Origin: Styela clava
Taxonomy: Eukaryota
Direction of reading: 5' to 3'
Length of the DNA stretch: 64,000 bases
NCBI RefSeq assembly: GCF_964204865.1
Contig: NC_135254.1
Coordinates: forward strand, 10,974,001-11,038,000
The translations under genes were made by a program, and so were the position numbers. The notes beneath the pieces were generated by a model, which saw only the letters and a program-made list of their open reading frames with translations, had not been told where the DNA came from and ran no database searches. Positions 22,875-34,800 of the stretch are shown here, in pieces; positions within the stretch are counted from its first letter, which is position 1; each line of letters opens with the position of its first letter.

Positions 22875-25800
22875 ATGGAGAGCGAGACGTCACCAAGTAA
22901 GGTTCATCGTATATCAGAGCCACTGCTTTCTGCACATAAAGTCACTGTCCCTGAATCGGAAACAATGGGAAAGACTGAAATTATTGCTGAATCCGATGAC
23001 TCAGAACCAGAACAAAATAATACTGAAAGTATGTTTTCAGCATTTTCATTTATTCTCCGAATGTATTTCTGTATTCTGGTATTTGAGAACAAGGAGTAAT
23101 GGCAGTATTGCATGCCAAAATAATCATAGGTTAATAAAGATTACATAAGCTATTATAGTCATATTACAATACTATGAATTGATGATAGTATTACCATCTT
23201 GATGCATTTCCAATTGAACAGAATATTTGTAGAAATGATCATTTGTTGGTTAACAAGTCCAGTGCTTGAAATTGTGATATCCATAGCGATAACATGGAAA
23301 ATACTTAAATTTGGATCTTTCGTTTTTTGTTTTTGCAGCTTTGGTTGGTGCAGCATTTCAGAGTCGACTTCCATTTGATAAATTATCAGAACAGGAAGAA
23401 AAATATTTTCCGGAAATTAAATCAGGAACGATTGAATCTACTGCAGAGTTTTTGTATGTTCGAAACAGAATTGTAAGTCGATGGAAAGCATTACTCTTTA
23501 CTTTTTTGTATCGTACTTCGCATTTAAATATGTATTTTTCGTTTGATTATGTATGCTCCAGATGAGCAAATTTCCTGCTTACCAATTGTCTGTTAATTTT
23601 GTTTAATACTATTCATCAAAATGTTTGTTACAAGCCTTGGTATTTCAACTGTTTTCGAATTTTGTAATCGATTGTTTTATTGATCATCTAATTAGCCATA
23701 TTAATTTTTAGGTCATTTCTGTTTAGTATTATATTTAAATATAAATTAAAATCCAATATTATTTATATTTTACAGCTTCTCTTATGGCTTCAATCTCCTC
23801 AGACCGAACTATTATTCTCTGACATTTCTAGCAAACTAGAGAAACCATACGATTCAGCGGATCCAAATCTTGTTTTGAAAATTTACTCCTATTTGAAAAG
23901 GTGTAGTTATATTAACTTTGGATTATACACGAGGCTCAGCCCGACACCTTGTAAGTATATGTGGGGTTGTGTACATTATCGGCATTGTCCTTGAGTAAAA
24001 ATATATGAATAATTTTGATTTCTTCTGTTCACAGCTAAGTAAGAGATTTCATAAATATTCCTAGTGGTTCATAATGAAATGAACTTTATTACTTATCGAT
24101 TTTAATCGGTAAGTATGTTGATAGGTATTTGTCTGTCTGTTTGTTTGTCTGTTAGATGCACGCGATATTTCACGAAAGCGAGATTGAGTCTGCTCCAGAT
24201 TTTGCATGTGCATTCATCATATGTCGTACCAGAAGCCTATTGATTTTGGATGAAATATGTAGTATACGGTAATTAGCGAGTTAATAATTAATTAGTGATG
24301 GGACACGAGGTGTCACTATGGAGGAAGAGCGCTGTTTTGGGGGATCCCCTAACTTTCGATCGATAAGTCTTCGGTCTCTGACCGATATTCTCGTTTCACT
24401 ATTAGGCGTATAGGCTACATTTATATATAACGAGTAAGGTGTTTACAACACCCAGTGTGAAAACAATGCCGAATCTGTAACTCTATCAAGCCTCGCCCAA
24501 TGGCAAATGTGTTCAGCCGTTTAGCCCCCCAAGTAAAATATGTGATGTAGCTTCATTCTTGATTTACCTCCCTAATATGTATGGTTAGTTCTTTATGCTG
24601 ATTTTCTGCCATCCAGCCTGTTACCTAACGTTATTAGCAATGTAGATTAAGAACTCAAATTTAAACCATCTTACCAATGGTGTGATGAATTGAGTGAACA
24701 ATGCTTCCGGCTCTTTCGAAAATAATAGCTCTTTACTCTTTTACTTATTAGTAGCACATAAACAGTGGCATTGTTTAGATTGAAGACTTGAAAATGAGGC
24801 TCTATTTCATGTAATTTTTTTGTTGAAATATTTTACAAACTCAAGTTAGCTCTTTGTTTTGTTCAGCCGAGAAAAAATGCAAAGTTGTCGTGATTGGTGC
24901 TGGTGTGGCAGGGCTTGCTGCAGCTAGACAACTTAATTCATTTGGTGTTGAAGTTGTTATTATTGAAGCAAGAGTAAGTCATTTTGCATACATTTTCAAA
25001 TGCTGTCAAAATGGACCATTCTACTCAATATGATGTAATAAATCAAATTGTTAATAAGTATAGAATAAATATAATAATGTAAATTAAAAATTGCTGTGTT
25101 TGAAAATTTACTTGCAAATATTTTATTTTTTCGGGATATGTTATATTTGATTTTACTCAGTCTTGATTGTGATAGATCCTTAGGCATTTCCAGTAACTCA
25201 ATAATGCAAAGATGATTTTTTTAAAAAAATGTTTATTTACCGCTATTGCTGGCCTATTTATTGATGACAGTATTTGACTTTTGGGTTTTATAGGAAAATC
25301 ACTAATGCAAAGATTTTATAATAATATTACTATTATTCAGGATAGAGTAGGAGGAAGAGTTGCCACATTAAGAAAAGGACCATACATAGCTGATCTTGGT
25401 GCAATGGTTGTTACTGGACTTGGTGGAAATCCTATTACAGTTATCAGCAAACAAATTGAAATGGATCTTCGTAAAATTAAACAGGATTGTCCTTTGTTTG
25501 AAACTGGAGGTCAGAGGGTATGTGGTTTAGTTACTTGGAATTTCCATGTAAACACTCTTGATTTTTTTCTCGATGTAAATGAATTCAATGACATACTTTT
25601 GTATACCTCTTTATTCCTGAATATGATGAAACATATTCTTTAAATAATTCCATAAATGTTTACAACCATAATATCCATTTTTGGCGCTCCAGAAGTGTGT
25701 GTACCAATATTGAGGTAACTAATTTTGTTCGCCTATTTTAAATCAAAGTTGTGTAAAGGGACTGAAACCTATGGGCAATTTTTGACATATCAAATGTTTA

Positions 25801-28800
25801 CAGTTTTAGTATGACAGTTCTCTAATTCTAAGGTACCCAAAGAAAAAGACATCTTGGTTGAAAAGGAATTTAATAAATTATTGGAAGCCACAGCATATTT
25901 GAGTCATCAGTTAAATATCAATGATATGGGGAAAGAACCGCTGTCGCTTGGAAAAGCTTTTGAAATTATTATTCAGTGAGTTAATAAAGGGATATCATGT
26001 AAATAAGTGATACCTTGATGCCTATAAAGCTATTAGGTGGTGTATATCGCTGTACCTTGATGTCTATAATACTATTAGGTGATGTATATCGCTGTACTCC
26101 TCTACACATGTTTTTAGCTCTGACAACTTGAATTTTCAATGTAATATCATAAAATAAGTAACGTTGTATTTCCACCAAGACTTTGGAGCCTGAGAAATAT
26201 TTGCAATTGACTGAAACTCGAAACCAAATTTTAGTTTTGTTTATAGGTTGAAATGTATTCTGACTCCAGCTGGGGTAGCCGACCAGACACGCTAGCTGTT
26301 ACGGCCTAACTTAGGAATTAAAAATTCCATAGCCTACCCCTCTTCGAAAATTCCTGGCCACGCCACTGATTGAAAGCACTTTTCACCCAGATTTCACAAC
26401 CTCAATTATCACAATTACTCTATTTTACCCTTCGCCTACTTTTACCACCTTGTCCTTCTCATTATTCTTTGATCTATTCTTGAAGTATACACATAAACTA
26501 ACAAATACATGAAAATTTTAATAATGCAATTATCAGGCTTCAAGAAAAGAAAGTAAAAGAAGATCAAATAAAACATTGGGAATCAGTAAAACAATGTTGT
26601 GAGAAGTTGAATTCTATTGTAAAACAAATGGTTGAATTAGAAGAAAAAATGACACAATTATCAGCTGATATTAACGAAGCTGTACAAAGTAAGATTTTTC
26701 AACTCGATTTTGCCATACATGTTTACACAACTGAGTACTGACTGATCTTATTTCAAGATGAAGAGTCAGACTAGGTTATAGTATTTTATTTTTGACCCAT
26801 AATTAAATTTTTTACACAAAGAATTTTATAGAAAAATAGATTTTGCTCATATGGTATTTTGTCTCCATTTCTTCATTTTTTGTGTGACAATTGTTAATTA
26901 GCTGACTCTAAATTCATCATGTTGTCAGGTAGTGGTGGTGAGATGGCTGCGGAAAGTCGAGACGTAACAATTGAATTTGAAATTAGAAGTAAAAGAAGAG
27001 ATTTGAAAACACATTTGAAGGTTTGTTGAAAAATTGAGTTGCTTGATATCGAATTTCATTTTTCATGAGGTAGAAGGTATGTGTAATATATCGACGCATG
27101 AAATCCAAATTGGGCTAAGTCCATTTTTCTAGTTTTGAGAAAAACGCAAAAAACATTTCTTTTTTTTATTTCTCAAATACCTTACATCGAGGATGTCTAG
27201 TTTTTATGGTCCACCAAAGTTACAATGAAGGCCATAATTAGATGAATTTAGGGTTGCCACTTCTGGATACATTTTTTTTCGAATCGAATCTCGAATTAAA
27301 ACTTTTCGAATCGAATCTTTCCGAATCTGATTCCATTAAGCTTTTTTTTTTTATTACATGCGTATGTTTGGCCAAACTCACAAAAAAGCTCAAATCTAGA
27401 AGAAAAAAATTTGAAAATGGAATAGGCTATATAGCAAGGGTGATGAGGGTTTTTCAGTGAATAAGCCACACTTATTTTCATCATGATAAAAAAGATGTAG
27501 GTCATAGATATCACTAATAAATGCATTGATGAAAAACTTGCTGTTGCAACTTATCTGTGAGTCTTACAATACTGAGTTATTGTGTTATACTTGTATCAGG
27601 GCTGAGGCAATTTGATTGAATTCATATGAGAAAATAAGCAGGGAACAGTTGTACTGTTATGTCGTAAACACAGTAACAGCACTGCTTTCCCTTGCCCCAC
27701 ACCAGTATATGTGACCGTGGTATTTCCCTTCTTGTTATATTGAATTAGGGACGGCCTTATTACCGATTCTTTATCTTCAAAATCTTAGTACAATATTTTA
27801 TATTTATGCTAGCAGCATAGAGTAATACGACAAAAACATTCTAATTGCATCTGAATTACTATAAATGGGAAATGCTTACAAGAATATGATTGAAGACGAT
27901 AAAATTAACCACGATTAAATTAAATTAATTTCGATAAAAACAATCGTTCACACGACTACGATTGCGAACAAAAATTTCCATAAATATTAGAGACAGTATT
28001 ATTTGTGGCAAACAGCGTTATTGGCTAACTCGGGCTTCATTATTAATGTGGACTACGTTTAATTTCGTAATTCAGAAAGTCCAAATGGGCATAATGGACA
28101 CCGCGCTGACGAGCGATAATTGGTTGACGCTTTATCTCGATCAAACATGGTCGCTGGGGCTAAAGTAAGACGACATTCGCACCGTATGCTCGGTCTGGTA
28201 TGAAATCTGCCACGTGTTGATGTAAAACAGTGCACAAGTTGCCATTCCTCAAGTATTATTTACTCCCACCTGTCCGTTATGACATTTGCTCGAAATAATC
28301 CGAAATGTTTTATCCGCTTGTATCGCGCTAACAAAATTAAAAGTAAATACTACTTTTTTTGGTAACAGCTGAAAAAAGACGTGTATGTACTATTACATTA
28401 TGTCCCCCTAATTTCGTTTACCGCCACTCGAGTGGAAGCCTGACAAACGCAAACAAAATAAAAATATATTTTAGGATGAGATACATGATTGTAAATTAAC
28501 ATTGCCGGCCGATGAACTCATTCAGCAATAGTTCTCTTCAAATGTACGCGAAATATTGCTCTCAGAACAAAGTTTAAATTAAATTTCAATCAAAATTAAA
28601 CATTATCTAGACGTCGGTAGCCGATTCTTTATCCAATCATGCCAGGGCGTACAATAACTTAGTGGCAGCGCAGGTGTGCTGTTGAAAATTTTCATCAAAA
28701 TTGTCACGAATTTTCAGGTATACGATCCATTTGAATTCGCGCATAATGGAAACTTCGGCTATTTAGTGGAAAACTGAACTCGCAGTTTGCTGGTAATTAC

Positions 28801-31800
28801 GCCACACATCATCTCGAGTGATGCGTAAAAGAGTGTGTTGTGTCGAACTTGAAACAAATGACGGCAGACAAGTAAAAAAGTCAATCACGAAAAATTCATT
28901 TTCATTTATTTACGTCCCGTAATTTGTTGCTATTTGGAGTGCCGCATAAACGCATTCGGCAGTTTAAACGCCACCGAAAACAACGATTAACAAATATTCA
29001 ATGTTTTTCTTTCGGTCCCGTAATTTGGTGTTATTTGGAGTGCTGCATAAACACACTCTGGCAGATTTAAAGCCGCCGAAAACGACGATTTAACAAACGT
29101 TCAATGTTTTTTTTTTCGCTAAATCGCTCTCTTTTTCCGAATCGCGTAAATCTGATTCGAATCGATTCGGAAAAGATGCGATTCGAATCGATCCGATTCG
29201 TAAATCCGAAAGTGGCATCCCTTAAGATGATATAAAAAAATTTGTGCTCCGCCCCAATTTTTTTTGGGGGGTTTTTTTTTGGACTTAACCTTTTTTGGCT
29301 CTCAATTTTCTGGACCAGAAACAATTTTATTGGACTTGGGGCCCCTTTATTATGTTATTATAGAGGCTGGTATGGACTTAGCGCTTTGTATTATATTTTT
29401 TGAGAGGAGCCATGTCCAAAAAACGGACTTAGCCCCAACTTACAATGCAGTTATCCAGAGCCAAGTCCACTATAGTAGACACAGCTCTGTTTAGTTCTCA
29501 AATGCCCTAAAAAAAGCAGGGTTATGTCCATAGCTGTCTTGAGATCTAGAGCACCTAGAGATAAGGCAAATAGACCAAAATGTAAAGCTAAGTCCAGGAA
29601 AATCAGCAATTGAAAAATGTCATTTTTTGGAAAAGTGCACTGTTTGGTTTTGAGGTGTCGATATATAGAGATAACTCATTCATATGTCTCTAGTTACTCT
29701 GCTAAGCAGACACTGCTATTCAAAGTAGTTTTATTTCTATTTCTCCAAGCAGAGATTGTTCTCATTTGAGCCGGAGTATTTTTTTTAACTTCGCGGCGTT
29801 GGATTTCGAATTAAAGTTGGAGTATGAATATCAAACTTTTAATCGCGATATTTGAAATCTAAATTTTTTGTATAACTTGAACGAGAAAGTATTTTTAACA
29901 GTCTATTGAGGAAGGCCTGTATACTCATAAGATTTTTATTTTCAAGATTTGATTTTTTTAGTGATTTGGACTTGAAATTTTCTTTTAACCGGTAGTTCAA
30001 TTCCACAGAAATGGAAATTGGAAATATTGACTAGCTATATATGTATGTATCTCTCCAGAGAAAGCGAGACATCAAATGAGATATAGCAAATTAGTCCAAT
30101 CAAAATATATTTTTATTCTGTGATAAACTCAACCATAATGCTTCATTTGTAATTGTAAAGAGTTGTCCATTTCCATTAGACTTCTACTCAAAGTCACTAA
30201 CAACTATTTTATTAAGAATGAATGTTATTCATTGAACTTTACAGAAATATAATCTACTGAGTGAAGAGAAGGTTTTCTATGAAATACAAATGTCGGAGTT
30301 AGAAAGCAATCCACCGACTGACATTTACCTTTCATCGAAAGATCGTCAAGTGTTGGATTGGCATCTCGCTAATCTTGAATTTGCGAACGCCGTTGATTTG
30401 GATAATTTAAGCTTGAAACACTGGAACCAGGTATTGGTATGAGAAGGTTATATCATCTTTAGGTCATTATGTTCTGTGGAACTGATCTCACCCCTTTAAT
30501 GATAATTCGACAAAAGGCCTTCCGGAAGGTCTTTTGGCCTTCCGGAAGGCCCTTTTAATCAAATAGTTTTGAAACCTGATTTCGTGTAGTTTGATTTTGA
30601 ATTTTCTTTAGCTTATGGTATTAATTGATTGCCAGTTACTCATGAACACAATCATGGGTTACAATTTCTATAAAACATTTTAGTTTTTTATCACTGACCT
30701 ATTTACTTTTAATAAAAATTTCAATTTTTTGAAAAATTAGAAAAAAATCAATTTTTTAAAATCCTCATTTCTCAGATAAAAAAACCTTTGTGATCTAATT
30801 TTTTCATGTTTATGAATTTCTTGTATCATGTTGTTGCACTGAAAAACTAAATTTGCTAACAGAAAAAAGCGCAAATACAATTTTTTTTGTAAATTATAAA
30901 TTTTTCATCAAAAATTTTAAACGATCAGTTTTATAAGAGGGATTATTGTTTAACTAGCTTCAGTTAGGTACATTTTTTTCTCTAAAAACCCAGAACACAA
31001 ATACCTAATACCAAAAAAAACTTCGAAAATGAATACTAACACAAACAACATGATGGATGGGAGACCCTTTCAAAAATTTTCTTGAAAAGGGCCTTCCGGA
31101 AGGCCCTAAGACCCGGTATCTGGAAACCTAAAAAACTTCTATTTCCAGTAATTAGAGCATGTACCACTATCAAATAAATAGGTAATATTATTTTAAGCCA
31201 TGTTATCTGAAGAGAAAGTTACCTTTTTCGTTTTTGATGGGAGGGAAGGTGTTCCCCAAATGACAGCTGGGCATTAATTTTCAGTAAATGAAAGACGATC
31301 ACTCATTGAAAGTCAGCGCCTACTTGGACAATAAAACTTTTGAATTTGAAATGTTTGCTCGTCATGTGAAGAATATCATGCAAGATTTGGTTGATATGTT
31401 GTCTTTATTAATGAAATATAACATCCAAAGATGAGCATTTATTAGTAGAAAACCCATGTTGCTCTAAATTGACAGTGGTCACAAGAGCGCATTAGTTCCG
31501 CATCTTAGAAACCAAAGGATCCAGTACCCACATTATAATGATGACAGTGACAAATTTCAAATAAGTTTCTGCTACTTGCAGTCTAGGGATATTTCCAGAG
31601 TGCCATTCTCATTTTGTTTCTAGCTAGTTAAAGTTATCCTTTTATCAAATCTATCTGCAAAAAAATTTGGAAGTTTGGATGGGCAACTAACTCACTATAC
31701 CATTAATAATTCATCCTAAGGCTCTGTTTCCACTTTGCCTATCATTCTCTGCTGTAAGGGGATTGTATCTATGTCTTAATCAGACTCTATGTCTTAATAA

Positions 31801-34800
31801 TCAGACTCGTCACTTTCTTCGTCCGAGAATGAAAATACATTCAACTCTGTTAGCTCACTGTCTATGCTGCATGCTAAGAAAGCACTCAGCACATTCTCTA
31901 ACTTCCTTTTCTTTCTCAACCTCAGAATCCTAACTCTCAGTCTTTTTTGGTTGCTATCTAAACTGCTGTTTGGTTGTTCTTCATTCATTCAAACCAAAGC
32001 TACTCTCTGCATTGCGCTCAAAGTAATTTCCTAATCCGAATCTTTCCTAAGTTCTTTCTATGTTCTCTTCATCTGAAACTCCAGGTCTTAAATCTTTATA
32101 GTCTATTTCACACACTGTAATATTATATCACAATTCACAATGTAATATCATAAAATTTCACTCTAGCTTTCTCTGAAAACTTGAAAAGTATCAACCCAGA
32201 AACCACATCCAAGCACAAATTATAATGATACTGTATATAGTAGCAATCAATTTTTAAATTCGAAATATTCTTCTGTATAGCTTAAACTTAACCTAAATAT
32301 ATTTATTATGTTATTCAATAACATAAAAGGATAATTTGTGTTTAATTTTGGCTTCCCTTCGAAAAAACAGGCTTTCCTCTCAATATTAAGGGTCCACATC
32401 GACACATATAACTGATTATTTTTGTAGGGCCTTCCGGAAGGCCCTAACATTTTCTATAGTAATGTCCAACTTATATATATCATTAGACATTTTGTATTGC
32501 ATTTTGTTTCTCAATAAATCAAGTAACCAACATGAAATCATGCCTCGTGCAAAAAAAAGTACCTGCAATTACGAAGAAAATATTTTTTGACACCGGAACA
32601 ACAAAAATTAATCTAATATTCTGATCAATAAACTAGGTAACTTGCTTATAATTGGAGATATGAAGACAAAATAATGACTATGTCATCTGGTAACCGCCAG
32701 GCTTGCAACTACAACTTTTATTGCTTTCATTTAAAGCCCTGTAGTCTTCAATTTGGTCAAAATAGTTGAATAGTGTAAAAAAAACATAGGGCTACATGTT
32801 TATACAAAATTTACGACATTATCGAGTGGTAGCAGTTCATTCCAATCACATTGCAATTGTTGTAAATCTATAGAAACTTGCAAAACAGTAAAAAAAAGTG
32901 CCTCGATTAATACCTGGGTTGCCCATAATTGCGATTTATGAAAAATATATAAAAATTTTCATAGGCGACAAAAAGTTCTTATTTTCAATAGTTGAGCAGA
33001 CTAATAAAAACTATATATGTGCAGTAGCTGTTAAGTGTCTGTAAATAACCTTTAATGAACTATTCAAAGCTGAAAAACTAAGAAGTTTTTCTGCTATATA
33101 GTACTGTGAAAATTTATTGTAAAAATGACCTAAAATAGGGCCTTCCGGAAGGCCCTTTTTCAGTCGAATTATCATTAAAAGCTTTTTTACTCCATAGTCT
33201 ATTTAACAATTATACACGAAAGTGCTTAAATTACTGTATTATACATTGATTGATACAGTTTGTTATGGTCTATGAGGTGCTAAAATATCCCTGATAGATT
33301 CGATTAGGGGTGTGCAACCTGGGCCCGCGGGCCGAATGCAGCCCACAATGAAAAACTGTGCGGCCCGCGAACCGAGTTTTCAATTTAGTTTAATCTGGTA
33401 TGTGTGGTTAATTCCAAGGCTATACACCTCAGTCCATTTTAAAATCTATGCCCATGGCTTTACAATGCCTTAACAGCTAGCTTAACGGCCCGTGGTTTCA
33501 ACCAGTTATTTGTGTTGCCCCCCTCCCCTGTATTAAAGGTCGCACATCCCTGGATTAGATCATTCTAATTGAGTGAATATTTTAGTCACATATCTGCTAT
33601 ATTAGGGTATTTATTGAACAGTGAATGGATTGTTTTGCTAATTCGTTGTTGTTTGGTCAAAAATCACTTTGCTTATTAACCATTTGGTCAATTATTTTCT
33701 GTGAAGTATTCTTTAGAAAACTGTTTCAAATATGTTTTTCTGTGGCCCATTGCTTTTCCTCAAATTCTGTTGGTTTCGAATGAACTTACGTTTTCAGTTT
33801 CGGCATTTGAGAATGGATTAATAAACAACATATGATCATAGCAACTTTGTGTACTAGTTCAGCATCACACTCTTGTTCTGATTCAAAGATTGCTTCGTTA
33901 TTCGGAAATTCTCTTTTTTCAGTGTCTTCAATATTGTACTTCTTGTATTCCTTGTTTTTAGGATGATGCTTTTGAATTCAGTGGAAGTCACTTAGTTGTC
34001 AGAAATGGATATTCTGTTTTACCAGAAGCTCTTGCAGAAGAATTGAACATTCATTTGAACACTGCTGTTAGAGCCATCAAATACACTAATAAAGGTAAGT
34101 AAATGCCTTCTAGCGACAACAACAAACTATAACCACTAAAGCAATTGGACTAGTAGTTGATAAGAAAAGCTATTTTTCATAACAAGAAGAAACTTACTAT
34201 TAACAAGAACAACATAAAAACAAATTGGTCCACTCCAGGTCCTAAAACTCACAGAAAGTGCCACACAGGCAATCTCAGCTTGTGACATAGTTACAGATAA
34301 TATATACTACCACTAGTCAACAATAACCATGGACATTTTTCCGCACATATTTTGTCCTTACTACTGTCATGATTCCTTATTTAGGTTGCGAAGTATTAAC
34401 ACAGTCAACAAAGTTAGAATCAGAGAAAATTGCTTTTGAATGTGATGCAGTTTTATGCACTCTGCCTCTCGGTGTGTTGAAACAAGGGGAAGCAACACCT
34501 ATTATTGAATTTTCACCGCAATTACCTGACTGGAAACAAGATGCAATCAATAGAATGGGGTTTGGAAATTTAAATAAAGTATGTGTTCAATTAAAATTTT
34601 CTTTATTTTAGTTACCTTGAGTATACTATAATGTAAAAGAATTTATAATAGTTATAATTTTAAATGAATATTTGATTTTTGAATTTTCAACCTATCTACT
34701 CAATATTTATACCAGGTTGTGATGTTTTTTGATCAACCGTTTTGGCATGTTGATGTTGGATACACAAATCCAGATCCAGAGGATCCTAATCCAACAGAAA

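Noticed and set aside
25518-25832. Equivalent of mammalian neuronal LSD1 microexon 8a (the intron lies at the same position, before VPKEKD)
   Set aside because: No convincing in-frame AG-microexon-GT unit was seen; part of the intron is a MITE fragment.
30516-33156. Repeated palindromes as a CRISPR-like array
   Set aside because: Spacing is irregular (20 to about 1300 bp), they lie inside a TIR element, the context is eukaryotic and there are no cas genes.
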